Positions 9,902 through 19,582 of a stretch of DNA of 64,000 nt are shown here, piece by piece; positions within the stretch are counted from its first letter, which is position 1; every line of letters starts with the position of its first letter. The notes beneath the pieces are model-generated. The model did no database searches and was not told where the DNA came from. It worked only from the letters and a program-made list of their open reading frames with translations. Source of the stretch: Saprospiraceae bacterium (GTDB lineage: Bacteria > Bacteroidota > Bacteroidia > Chitinophagales > Saprospiraceae); the NCBI GenBank assembly GCA_020630495.1, contig JAHDBH010000003.1, positions 11,059-75,058 on the forward strand, in the 5' to 3' direction. Both the position numbers and the translations under genes were made by a program.

Positions 9902-10798
9902 TTAGACTCTCACTAGCTTGGAGGCCCCATATCTTCCTCGATCTGATCGAGTCACCTGGCTCATTGCAGTTACAGGATCGTGCTCATAGAAGAGCCACAG
10001 ATCATCGTGGATGCATCGATCGAGAAATTTCTTTTTTTCTTCCAGCGTCACTAGTGGTTGGATGTCGTAGGCCATTACATAGGGCATATGTATGTGCCAG
10101 GTACTGGGCATCAGGTCAGCACAGTAGACGAGGGTATGTGGGTCAGATAGATCAGCGGCATCATTTCCAGATAGAGGCTCTAGGCTCTTACGAGCAAATG
10201 TGCATCCGTGAAGTACAGGACTCAGCATGTGACTCGTATGACCATTGCTGATGATATACGATATGCTGTCAGAGAGCGAATTGTCTTGCTCACCCCTTAG
10301 AAAGAAAAGCTGACCCGCATCTTCAAGCGGCTTGAAGTTTTCTTGAAGGAAAGAAGCTTTTTCACGAGCATTTGGCTGACAAGCCGATCGATAGTGTGTC
10401 TCATGAGACCAGTAGCGCGCATGAGGAAAGGTAGGAACCAGAGCTCCTTCCGCATCGCGAGTGACCGCTCCACCGCAGTGATCAAAGTGCAAATGTGTAA
10501 GCAGTACATCCGTGATATCTGTGGGAGCATATCCTTGTTTCTCCAAACTCGATAAGAGCGTGGCCTCGCCGTGCAGCTTAAAATGATTAAAAAACTTGTC
10601 ACTCTGCTTATAGCCCATGCCCGTATCTATCAGGATCCGCTTGTCACCATCCTCTATGAGCATGCAGCGAAGGGACCAGGTGCACATATTGTCCTCATCC
10701 GCGGGATTGAGCCCATTCCAGAGGCTCTTAGGTACTACGCCAAACATAGCTCCGCCGTCTAGCTTGAAGTGCTCGGTATCTATGATGTGGCAGACCAC
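9902..10798 (-). CDS. MBL-fold metallo-hydrolase
   Basis: THLHFDHCGG metal-binding motif, with downstream His/Asp ligands in the expected order. Confidence 0.8.
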   Translation of the reverse strand: MVCHIIDTEHFKLDGGAMFGVVPKSLWNGLNPADEDNMCTWSLRCMLIEDGDKRILIDTGMGYKQSDKFFNHFKLHGEATLLSSLEKQGYAPTDITDVLLTHLHFDHCGGAVTRDAEGALVPTFPHARYWSHETHYRSACQPNAREKASFLQENFKPLEDAGQLFFLRGEQDNSLSDSISYIISNGHTSHMLSPVLHGCTFARKSLEPLSGNDAADLSDPHTLVYCADLMPSTWHIHMPYVMAYDIQPLVTLEEKKKFLDRCIHDDLWLFYEHDPVTAMSQVTRSDRGRYGASKLVRV

Positions 10799-10800
10799 GA

Positions 10801-11319
10801 CTAGAAACCTATCTTTCTCTTGACGTCCTTAGACTTGAGGCCTGCCATCTTGAGAGCTGAAACGGCCCATTCGTAGCCCTTGTTACCATGGCTTCCGCCA
10901 GCGCGATCCTGTGCTTGTTGCTCGTTTTCGGTGGTGAGTAGCCCCATGATGATAGGAGTACTGCCTACCAGTGATAGCTGCATGAGAGCAGAGGTCACGG
11001 CTTTATTGATGTATTCATCATGCCGTGTATCGCCTTTGATGACGCAGCCTATCGCTATGACAGCGTCGATCTCGCTATGCAGAGATAGGGCTCGCTTGAC
11101 ACCGTACGGCAGCTCAAAAGCACCAGGGACATGTATCACTGGGATATCTTCTCGTGATATGCCTACATGGGTGAGCTGCTCGAGCGCAGCATCTAGCAGA
11201 GCATGTGTAATCGTAGAGTTCCACTCTGACACCACTAGTGCTACCTTAGGTAGATCCGAGGTCTCTTCTAGCTCTGATACATCTACAATCTCTTTCCAAC
11301 TATGAAGCGAAGTAGCCAT
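10801..11319 (-). CDS. ribH: 6,7-dimethyl-8-ribityllumazine synthase
   Basis: VALVVSEWN....ALL and VPGAFELP motifs. The 172-aa length is typical. Confidence 0.9.
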   Translation of the reverse strand: MATSLHSWKEIVDVSELEETSDLPKVALVVSEWNSTITHALLDAALEQLTHVGISREDIPVIHVPGAFELPYGVKRALSLHSEIDAVIAIGCVIKGDTRHDEYINKAVTSALMQLSLVGSTPIIMGLLTTENEQQAQDRAGGSHGNKGYEWAVSALKMAGLKSKDVKRKIGF

Positions 11320-11327
11320 AGAGTATC

Positions 11328-12026
11328 CTATGACTCTAGTCGGATGATGTACTTATCTACCTTGTCAGCCTCAGGAGTCTGAGCGTAGTTGTCACGGATT
11401 TCTTTGTATGACTTGAGAGCCTCATCGGTGTTGCCTAGACGCTCTGAGAGCCGCCCGAGCTTCATGAGATAGAAGGCCTGTAGTGCTTCGTTCTCACCAT
11501 TCGTCACAGCTTTGCGATATTGATCAGCCGCTTCTTCGTATTGACCCTTTTCTGAGTAGGCATCACCTAGGTTGCCATATTTCTGGGATGACAGGATCTC
11601 ACCTTTGCCCTTGACCTGCTCTAGGTACTTGATAGCATTATCATAGTCTCCAAGCTGCAGGTAGCACACACCGGCATAGAAGCGTGCAGTATTACCTGTA
11701 GGTGTGCCGCCATAGTTTTCTATGACTCCTAAGAAGCCGTCATATCCAGCACCTGGATTGGTAAGGGCTAGGGCAAAAGAATCACGATTAAACTGGATCT
11801 CAGCCTTGTGGATCTCGGCTTTGGCACGCTCGAGGTTTGGCTGTCGCACCATAGCATTATAGATGATAATGGCTGCTACTACAAGTACGATCAGAGCAGC
11901 TACGCCCAATATGGTCTTCTGATTTTTCTCTACAAATCCCTGTGCGGACTCTCGTGCTTCTACTAGGTCGATGAGCGTATCATCTCCTTGACGCTGATTT
12001 TGTCTTCTTTCTCTTCTATTGGACAT
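11328..12026 (-). CDS. Membrane-anchored tetratricopeptide-repeat protein
   Basis: Basic N-terminus, a single TM segment (ILGVAALIVLVVAAIIIY), then TPR-like repeats (YYAGVCYLQLGDYDNAIKYL, GDAYSEKGQYEEAADQYRKA). Confidence 0.7.
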   Translation of the reverse strand: MSNRRERRQNQRQGDDTLIDLVEARESAQGFVEKNQKTILGVAALIVLVVAAIIIYNAMVRQPNLERAKAEIHKAEIQFNRDSFALALTNPGAGYDGFLGVIENYGGTPTGNTARFYAGVCYLQLGDYDNAIKYLEQVKGKGEILSSQKYGNLGDAYSEKGQYEEAADQYRKAVTNGENEALQAFYLMKLGRLSERLGNTDEALKSYKEIRDNYAQTPEADKVDKYIIRLES

Positions 12027-12087
12027 GTCTGGCTAAAAAGTTTGCGCAAAATTAGCGCTATTCCGTGACATGACATAAGGACAATTA

Positions 12088-13113
12088 CTAATGCTTGATA
12101 AAGGGATAATCTTCTTGCACGTAGTTGTCCGTGTAGAGCTCTGAGGGATCTGGTAGTGGTGAATCCTCGGCAAATTTCATTGCCGCCTTCATCTCTTCCT
12201 TGATTTCATCTTGTATAGCGGTGATTTCCTTTTCTGAGATCATCTTTTGTGCTTGGAGTGTGTTCTCTATCAAGATAATTGGATCTTTCTCCTTGTAGTC
12301 ATTGAGCTCGTCCTTGGTTCTATACTTTGCTGGATCTGATACAGAGTGACCCTTGTATCTGTAGGTCTTTATCTCGAGATAGTAAGGCCCCTTGCCAGAT
12401 CGCACGTGCTTGGCAGCTTTGGCAAATGCCTCATGCACCGTCTCGGGATTCATGCCATCTACTGGCTCACTAGGCATGTCAAATGCCTGTCCTATCTTAT
12501 ACAGGTCAGACACGTTGCTGGTACGCTCCACGGATGTACCCATGGCGTATCCGTTGTTTTCACAGACAAATATCACTGGCAACTTCCAGGTCATCGCCAT
12601 ATTGAATGATTCGTAGAGTGCGCCTTGTCTAGCGGCTCCATCTCCGAACATGGTCACGCAGAGATTATCAGTACCTCGATACTTCTCGGCGAAGCCAATT
12701 CCCGCTCCGATAGGTATCTGCGCACCCACGATTCCATTACCACCAAAATAGCGGTGCTCCTTGCTAAAGAAGTGCATAGATCCGCCTTTTCCTTTGACAC
12801 TTCCTGTAGCCTTGCCATAGAGCTCAGCCATACACGCATCGCTGCTGAGACCCCGTCCTAAGGCTATTCCATGCTGGCGATAGGCTGTAGCGACTGCATC
12901 TCCTGGCTGAAGGGCTGACTCCATACCAGCTGCCACTGCTTCTTGACCTATGTACACATGGCAGAAACCCCTGATCTTTTGCTTGCTGTAAGCGAGTAGG
13001 GCAGCCTCCTCAAAGCGTCTGATACGAAGCATGAGTTTATACCAGTTGAGGTATTGCTCCTTGCTATAGTTAGCTTTCTTTTTCTTCGATTTCGTCGCTT
13101 CTAGTACGGCCAT
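12088..13113 (-). CDS. pdhA: Pyruvate dehydrogenase E1 component alpha subunit
   Basis: RGFCHVYIGQEA and the ThDP-binding block GDGAARQGALYESFNMA...VIFVCENNGYAMGT. Confidence 0.9.
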   Translation of the reverse strand: MAVLEATKSKKKKANYSKEQYLNWYKLMLRIRRFEEAALLAYSKQKIRGFCHVYIGQEAVAAGMESALQPGDAVATAYRQHGIALGRGLSSDACMAELYGKATGSVKGKGGSMHFFSKEHRYFGGNGIVGAQIPIGAGIGFAEKYRGTDNLCVTMFGDGAARQGALYESFNMAMTWKLPVIFVCENNGYAMGTSVERTSNVSDLYKIGQAFDMPSEPVDGMNPETVHEAFAKAAKHVRSGKGPYYLEIKTYRYKGHSVSDPAKYRTKDELNDYKEKDPIILIENTLQAQKMISEKEITAIQDEIKEEMKAAMKFAEDSPLPDPSELYTDNYVQEDYPFIKH

Positions 13114-13172
13114 TATTCTATTATTTCTGAGCTGTAAAGGTACTTGTAACTAATCTTGTACTTGATCTCATC

Positions 13173-14279
13173 ATGCACATAGATAGCTACAAGATACAAA
13201 ACTACAAAAACCTCCAAGAGGTAGATTGTAGTCTTAACCATCGGATCAACTGCTTTGTTGGTGCAAACGGTATGGGTAAGACTAACTTTTTAGATGCGGT
13301 CTACTACTGCTGTATGGGTAAGAGTTTCTTCTCTGCAAGAGATACACAGGTGCTGCGCGAGGGATCTGAATTCATACGTTTGGATGCGCGCTTAGAGCTG
13401 ACAGATGGGCAGCACAGAGTGGTATGCAAGGTAGTGCCTGGTAAGCTCAAGGAAATAGAAATTGATGACGTGAAGCTAGAGCGGAGCACGCATTTGGCCG
13501 GAAGGCACCCTGTGGTCATGATCAGTACCCAGGACGACTATATCATCCGAGAAGGCAGTATACGGCGGCGCACGTACTTAAACAACATTCTGGGCCAACT
13601 GGAGCCAGATTATATGCTCCATCTCATGAATTACCATAAAATCCTGCGACAGCGAAATGCTCTGCTGAAGCAAGATGCCATGGACTATGCCGATAGACGC
13701 ACGCTTGCACAAGGCTACAGTGAGAGCATGGCACCATCTGCAGAGTACATCCACAAGGCTCGTGTGGAAATAATGCCTCGCTTGAGACAGTACTTTGTGG
13801 AGCAGCATCAGCTGATCGTCCAGTCTGCGGAAGCGGCAGATATAGGCTTACTCTCAGATATCAGTAGTGGTGACTTCTTACAGATCGCTACGGATAGTAT
13901 CGCTTCTGATCTCAATCTCAGGCGTACTACTCGGGGAGTTCATAGAGATGATCTCAGTATATCTCTAGGTGAGATGCGCATGAAAGACTATGCTTCCCAG
14001 GGACAGATGAAGTCTGCTGTCATCGCGCTCAAGTTAGCTCAGTATCATGTGATGCGCAGCGAGCATGCAGAATCTCCCATCGTATTACTGGATGATATCT
14101 TTGATCGACTTGATGAGCACAGGGTTGCTGCATTGGTCAAGATGATGTCCCAGATGGAAGCTTCGCAGATATTTATTTCAGATACTGATCTCCCTCGGGT
14201 CTCTAGGCTCATGGAAACTATGAGGATTCCATGGCAGTTGTACAGCGTAGATCATGGTGATATAACTCCTGTGTCATGA
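13173..14279 (+). CDS. recF: DNA replication/repair protein RecF
   Basis: Walker A GANGMGKTNFLDA, an SMC-like signature region and Walker B VLLDDIFDRLD. Confidence 0.9.
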   Translation: MHIDSYKIQNYKNLQEVDCSLNHRINCFVGANGMGKTNFLDAVYYCCMGKSFFSARDTQVLREGSEFIRLDARLELTDGQHRVVCKVVPGKLKEIEIDDVKLERSTHLAGRHPVVMISTQDDYIIREGSIRRRTYLNNILGQLEPDYMLHLMNYHKILRQRNALLKQDAMDYADRRTLAQGYSESMAPSAEYIHKARVEIMPRLRQYFVEQHQLIVQSAEAADIGLLSDISSGDFLQIATDSIASDLNLRRTTRGVHRDDLSISLGEMRMKDYASQGQMKSAVIALKLAQYHVMRSEHAESPIVLLDDIFDRLDEHRVAALVKMMSQMEASQIFISDTDLPRVSRLMETMRIPWQLYSVDHGDITPVS

Positions 14280-14572
14280 AACGACACAATGATAAACATA
14301 TCGGCGATGCCCTAGATGGATGGCTACAGAGCAAGGGTAAGCTGACCGCGAAGCGCCACCTACATAGACTGCGTCAGCAGTGGCCGCTGGTGATGGGTCA
14401 GGGTATAGATGACATGACGGACAAGATAGATCTACAGGGCTCTACGCTTCATCTCAGTCTCAACTCTAGTGCCCTGCGTCAAGAGCTGCATCAAAATCAG
14501 AAGCTGCTCCTTAAAAAAGTCAACGAGATCCTCGGGGAAGAGAATCTCGTTGATCGTGTTATACTCAGCTAG
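14276..14572 (+). CDS. DUF721-type protein
   Basis: 98-aa ORF with an ATGA overlap on the recF stop, matching the position and size of the recF-linked DUF721 family. Confidence 0.65.
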   Translation: MKRHNDKHIGDALDGWLQSKGKLTAKRHLHRLRQQWPLVMGQGIDDMTDKIDLQGSTLHLSLNSSALRQELHQNQKLLLKKVNEILGEENLVDRVILS

Positions 14573-14583
14573 AGGTGACGGTG

Positions 14584-16284
14584 CTAGGCTTTGCCGTCTT
14601 CCATCTTGGACTTCATCATTTCCAATTCTTTTTTGCTCCAGGCTTTGGTCTTGCCTTTGCGCTTTCCCTCTGTCTTAGCTGCCAGTTCTAGGGCTTTGGC
14701 AGCATCGATCGTACCACCTGATACAGCCAGATCCTTGAAAGGTACCATCTCCTCGGATCCTGGCTTTTTCACTTTGCCAGTGATAGGTCTTACGGACTCC
14801 ATCAATATCTGCTTCACCTGAGCTGCGCTCAGTTGTGGATAGTATGATCTGACCAGAGCAGCCACACCTGCTGTCACGGGACTTGCCATGCTGGTTCCAG
14901 ATGCCTTGCCATAGTCGCTACCAGGTATGGTGCTGTAGATATCTACACCAGGGGCGAAGACATCAATGTACTGTGCGCTATAATTGCTGAATGTAGCCGA
15001 GAAATCTGCTCCGTCTTTGTGATTCAAAGCACCTACTTCTACCCAGTTGTCCTGAGCATTCCTTCCACATAGACCTTTCTTCTCGAGTTGATCATTAGGG
15101 AAGTTGTTATCTGTAAAGTTTTCTTGAGCTGCGTTACCCGCTGCGTGTACGAGAAGGACGTCATTCTTGGCAGCATACTTCAGCGCCTTATCAACTGTTT
15201 TCTTGTCCCATGAGTACCCTTTACCGAAGCTCATATTGATGATTTCTGCGCCATTATCCACAGCATAGCGGATGGCATTGGCCACGTCTTTATCACGCTC
15301 ATCACCATCTGGCACAGCGCGTATGGTCATGATCTCTACATTATCAGCGACTCCGTTCATTCCCTTGCCATTATCACGCTCAGCAGCAATGATTCCTGCT
15401 ACATGGGTTCCGTGAAAGGCATCTGGACCTTCATAGTCATTGTTGCCATATCCTATCTCCTTAGGATTGCTGTAATCGTCACCGATGATCTCTCTTGTGT
15501 TAAAGTCTGGATCGTAGGCGTAGTTGACTTGGTTGCTGTAGTAGCTGACGCCACCTTCAAACTGATTATTCATAAATTCTCTGAGCTCATCTACGGTCAT
15601 ACCTTCTTGGCCTATCTGCCCCAGGACATTCTGCGCTACACTCTTGGCCTGCGCTAGTTCTGCATCGTCACCAGCGTCTAGTGAATCAATTTCCATGAGT
15701 TTAAGATCTTGAGCTTTGAGAGCTTCATCGAGCTGCGTCAGCACGCCATCAAAATAGGTGACCTGACTATTGATATTATCAAGCCCTTTCTGAGCACGCT
15801 CGCGTGCCGCCATCACCTCGGCTTCAGTTTTCTTGAAGAGTCTGTATTCTTCCATTTTTTTCTTGGAGAGCTTCGTAGTGTCAGCACCTTCGTATTCTTT
15901 TTTGAGCTTGCCGTAGACTCGTGTGACCTCGTAGGTGTCTGGGCCGACATTCTTGCCGTCCTTACCGCCTATGAAGTTCCAGCCGTGGATATCATCGACA
16001 TAGCCGTTTTTGTCGTCATCGATACCATTTCCTGGTATCTCATCGGCATTAGTCCACATGACGTCGTCGAGATCTTCGTGATCTACATCGACACCACTGT
16101 CTATGACGGCTACGACGACGGTTCTAGATTTCTTGCCTTGGATCATCTTGTAGGCTTCTGTAGTGTTGACGCCATTATATCCCTCATCAGGTCCTAGATG
16201 AAACCAGTTTTGTGGAGCGTTCTGTGCGCTCAGAGAGAAGGCAAAGAGGAGAAATAAATAACTAGCTAAATACTTAGACTTCAT
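14584..16284 (-). CDS. Secreted S8 (subtilisin-family) serine peptidase
   Basis: Signal peptide and catalytic triad contexts VAVIDSGVD (Asp), HGTHVAGIIAA (His) and SGTSMASPVTAG (Ser). Confidence 0.85.
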   Translation of the reverse strand: MKSKYLASYLFLLFAFSLSAQNAPQNWFHLGPDEGYNGVNTTEAYKMIQGKKSRTVVVAVIDSGVDVDHEDLDDVMWTNADEIPGNGIDDDKNGYVDDIHGWNFIGGKDGKNVGPDTYEVTRVYGKLKKEYEGADTTKLSKKKMEEYRLFKKTEAEVMAARERAQKGLDNINSQVTYFDGVLTQLDEALKAQDLKLMEIDSLDAGDDAELAQAKSVAQNVLGQIGQEGMTVDELREFMNNQFEGGVSYYSNQVNYAYDPDFNTREIIGDDYSNPKEIGYGNNDYEGPDAFHGTHVAGIIAAERDNGKGMNGVADNVEIMTIRAVPDGDERDKDVANAIRYAVDNGAEIINMSFGKGYSWDKKTVDKALKYAAKNDVLLVHAAGNAAQENFTDNNFPNDQLEKKGLCGRNAQDNWVEVGALNHKDGADFSATFSNYSAQYIDVFAPGVDIYSTIPGSDYGKASGTSMASPVTAGVAALVRSYYPQLSAAQVKQILMESVRPITGKVKKPGSEEMVPFKDLAVSGGTIDAAKALELAAKTEGKRKGKTKAWSKKELEMMKSKMEDGKA

Positions 16285-16412
16285 AGTGTATACTGTTGAT
16301 TGTAATTTATAGACGATTGGAAAGAGTAATCTGACCTAGAACACAAAGGTCTGAAATAAGATCGTTAGCAAAATCACAAAGTACCGCAATTCCTCATCAA
16401 CTTTGGCAGGAG

Positions 16413-18305
16413 ATGACAGAGAAAGACGTCACCACTGATCTACAAGAGATACTAGAGCGATACTGGGGCTACGATGCATTCCGGCATCCACAGCTGTCTA
16501 TCATCCAGTCTGTGCTACGAGGCGAGGATACTGTAGCTATACTGCCCACTGGAGCTGGGAAGTCTCTGTGCTATCAGCTGCCCATCCTGGCGCTTGATGG
16601 TATGTGCTTAGTGATATCGCCACTCATAGCCCTGATGGAAGATCAGAAGCAGCAACTCAAGGCTCGTGGTATCACTGCCGCCGCTCTGCATAGTGGGCTC
16701 AGCTACAAGGATATAGACCGTGTCATGGAGGCTTGCGTGGCGGGTAGGGTAAAGCTGCTGTATGTCTCTCCAGAGCGCCTCCAGAGTGAAAGATTTTTGG
16801 CGAGGGTGATGCATATGCCACTGCGATATGTGGCGGTAGATGAGGCCCACTGCATCTCGCAGTGGGGGCAAGATTTCAGACCGAGCTATCGACAGATCTA
16901 TAAGCTCAAGGCTTTTATAGCAGAGATTCCACTCATTGCCCTCACGGCTAGTGCAACACCTCAAGTAGCTGAAGATATATCACTGAGCCTCAGACTGATA
17001 AAGCCAAATATCTATAGATCATCTACACGACGAGAAAATCTGAGCTATCAGATATGGAATACTGAGGATAAGACGGGTGATCTGCTCAGCCTATGCAAAG
17101 AATCACAAGGCAGTGTGCTGATCTATACACAGAGTCGCTCTGCTTGCGAGAAAATCGCCAAGTATCTCAAGTCTCATCATCTGAGTGCCAGCTACTATCA
17201 CGCTGGGATAGACTACGAAAATCGCAAGCAACTGCAGACTAGATTTTTGACGGGGAGAGACAGGATCGTGGTGTGTACGAGTGCGTTTGGTATGGGAATA
17301 GATAAGTCAGATGTGCGCCATGTCATCCACTGGGATCTACCCATGAGTGTGGAGGAGTACTACCAGGAAGCTGGGCGGGCTGGGAGAGACGGCCTTTCGG
17401 CCAAATGTGTAACCGTCCTCGAGAGCACTGACATACATAGGATGCTTCAGCGGTGGGAAAGCCAATTTCCTGAAGTCAATGAAATAGCACTCGTATGGGA
17501 TCGTCTGATGCACTACGCTATAGAGAAAGGCCTCACGGAGGAAGGACGCTTGCTGGAATTTGACTATGCAGAATTTGCGCGAAAGCGCTCACTTCCTATC
17601 AGATCTACCTACTACTCTCTGCAGCATCTGGAGCGATATGGATGGATTTCTAGTGCTGAAGCGGGTCTGATGACGAGCCATGTGCGTATGCTATGTACGC
17701 GAGAAGATCTCTATGACTATACAGATACGCGGCCAGAAGCCAGCGAAACACTCAGTGCGCTGCTGCGTAGCTATGAAGGTCTCTTCTCTAGGACAGTGAG
17801 GATAGATGAGCAGGTCATAGCTGATCATCTAGAGATACCAGAGCTCGTGCTCAGGCAGCATCTCACTAGACTTTCACGTGATGGAATCATACTGTATCGC
17901 AGAGCCTCCATGCAGAGCTCTATCACGATCTATCAGCGAGAAGCTCCAGATGCTAACAACCTTGCTGACTATACAGAGCTACGTGCAAGAAAGAGAAAGC
18001 AACTTACGGGCCTATTGCGATATCTGGAATGTCAGACCTGTCGGAGCCTCTATATATCAGAGTACTTTGGTGATGACGATACGGCACAATGTGGCAGCTG
18101 CGATCTGTGCGAAAATCGAGATGCCCGCGCGTGGACGCAATCACAGATCTACGAGATGCTTGATTCACGTAGCTCGTCCAGTATGCATGATCTACTAGCG
18201 GCCGCTCCTAGGTCTAAGAGATCTGCTGTATTGCAAGCGATACAGTCCATGATAGAAAAGGGTCTACTCGTGGTAGTCAATGACCAACTGCATCGCACCT
18301 CATGA
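16413..18305 (+). CDS. recQ: RecQ-family ATP-dependent DNA helicase (atypical C-terminal layout)
   Basis: PTGAGKSLCYQ (motif I), VAVDEAHCISQWGQDFRPSY (DEAH), QEAGRAGRDG (motif VI). A Cys cluster CQTC...CGSCDLC lies near the C-terminus. Confidence 0.85.
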   Translation: MTEKDVTTDLQEILERYWGYDAFRHPQLSIIQSVLRGEDTVAILPTGAGKSLCYQLPILALDGMCLVISPLIALMEDQKQQLKARGITAAALHSGLSYKDIDRVMEACVAGRVKLLYVSPERLQSERFLARVMHMPLRYVAVDEAHCISQWGQDFRPSYRQIYKLKAFIAEIPLIALTASATPQVAEDISLSLRLIKPNIYRSSTRRENLSYQIWNTEDKTGDLLSLCKESQGSVLIYTQSRSACEKIAKYLKSHHLSASYYHAGIDYENRKQLQTRFLTGRDRIVVCTSAFGMGIDKSDVRHVIHWDLPMSVEEYYQEAGRAGRDGLSAKCVTVLESTDIHRMLQRWESQFPEVNEIALVWDRLMHYAIEKGLTEEGRLLEFDYAEFARKRSLPIRSTYYSLQHLERYGWISSAEAGLMTSHVRMLCTREDLYDYTDTRPEASETLSALLRSYEGLFSRTVRIDEQVIADHLEIPELVLRQHLTRLSRDGIILYRRASMQSSITIYQREAPDANNLADYTELRARKRKQLTGLLRYLECQTCRSLYISEYFGDDDTAQCGSCDLCENRDARAWTQSQIYEMLDSRSSSSMHDLLAAAPRSKRSAVLQAIQSMIEKGLLVVVNDQLHRTS

Positions 18306-19396
18306 GTCGAGCGCGTATCCTTCATCTGGTGAGCACGGATCTCCTGTATGATCAGCGGGTGCAACGGATATCCGCCTCGCTGGCAGAAAGATATGATGTG
18401 ACGGTCCTAGGGCATGAGAAACATAGTAGTCTGGCACTGCCAGATCATCCTGCATCCAGATATAGAGTATCTACACTGAGCAGATCTGGGCCTCGCTTCT
18501 ACTATGAAATGAATAGGGCCATGATCTCATGGGCCAAGGGAAAGTCATATGATCTAGTCGTGAGCAATGATCTCGATACGCTATGGGCAGGGCGTCAGAT
18601 CTCTGAATCCGCTGGTGCTCAGCTCGGCATAGATGCGCATGAGTACTTCACAGCGGTACCTGAGCTAGTGTCAAAGCCTGTAAAGCGTGCTATATGGACA
18701 CAACTGGGAAAAACCTATATCCCCGCTTGCACTCTGAGATACACATGCACCAGATCGCTCGCCAAAACCATGACGACAAAGTATGGAGGGGACTGGGGAC
18801 TAGTACGCAATATGCCTCTCCTCGATACACCTGTAGATGCAGCGGCTAAGCGTGATCAATTTACCGTCATCTATCAAGGAGCAGTAAATGAGGGTAGAGG
18901 AGTGGAGCTGATGCTCGCCGCGCTCCAGAAGATTCCAGACATAAGGCTGGTGGTAGCAGGAGAAGGTGACCTGAGCTCACAGATGCGAAATCTTGCTGTC
19001 AAGCTTGGTGTAATGGATCGTGTAGATTTTATGGGATACTTGGTACCATCAGCGCTACGTAAACTTACCGCACAGTGTCACGTGGGGATTAACCTTCTGA
19101 GTGCCACAAGTGCCAACTATCAAGTCTCACTAGCCAATAAATTCTTTGACTATGTGCATGCTGAAATTCCTGCAATTCACATGGCATTTCCTGAATACGA
19201 ATCCATGATACAGGAGTATAATGTCGGAATCTTAACGCAAACGTATACGGTAGAATCTCTGGTCAGCGCTCTACATCATTTAAGAGATGACAAAGTCAGA
19301 TCGCACTACCAGAGCGCTTGCATCCGAGCTAAGAAGCTGTGGAACTGGCAGAGTGAGCAAGAGCGATTGTATGCGCTGTATGATGCTGTACTATAG
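18302..19396 (+). CDS. GT4/GT1-type glycosyltransferase
   Basis: GT-B C-terminal domain pattern (GAVNEGRGVE..., E-x7-E-like region ...FDYVHAEIPAI). The start overlaps the recQ-like stop (ATGA). Confidence 0.7.
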   Translation: MSRARILHLVSTDLLYDQRVQRISASLAERYDVTVLGHEKHSSLALPDHPASRYRVSTLSRSGPRFYYEMNRAMISWAKGKSYDLVVSNDLDTLWAGRQISESAGAQLGIDAHEYFTAVPELVSKPVKRAIWTQLGKTYIPACTLRYTCTRSLAKTMTTKYGGDWGLVRNMPLLDTPVDAAAKRDQFTVIYQGAVNEGRGVELMLAALQKIPDIRLVVAGEGDLSSQMRNLAVKLGVMDRVDFMGYLVPSALRKLTAQCHVGINLLSATSANYQVSLANKFFDYVHAEIPAIHMAFPEYESMIQEYNVGILTQTYTVESLVSALHHLRDDKVRSHYQSACIRAKKLWNWQSEQERLYALYDAVL

Positions 19397-19399
19397 CAT

Positions 19400-19582
19400 T
19401 TATTCTTCTTCGTCCGTGAGTTCTTCTTCTAGCTGTCTGAGGCGCTCACGACACTGAATGATGATTTCTTTAGCCTTAGACACTTGCTGAGCTAGCTTGT
19501 CCACAGGAAGTTCTTGACTTTCCATGGATGCGAGTATGTCAGCCAGTTGATTGCGAGCTTTTTCGTAGTTAAATTTTTTCAT
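19400..19582 (-). CDS. xseB: Exodeoxyribonuclease VII small subunit
   Basis: 60-aa helical protein (FNYEKARNQLADILASME) with a 4-nt overlap on xseA. Confidence 0.8.
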   Translation of the reverse strand: MKKFNYEKARNQLADILASMESQELPVDKLAQQVSKAKEIIIQCRERLRQLEEELTDEEE

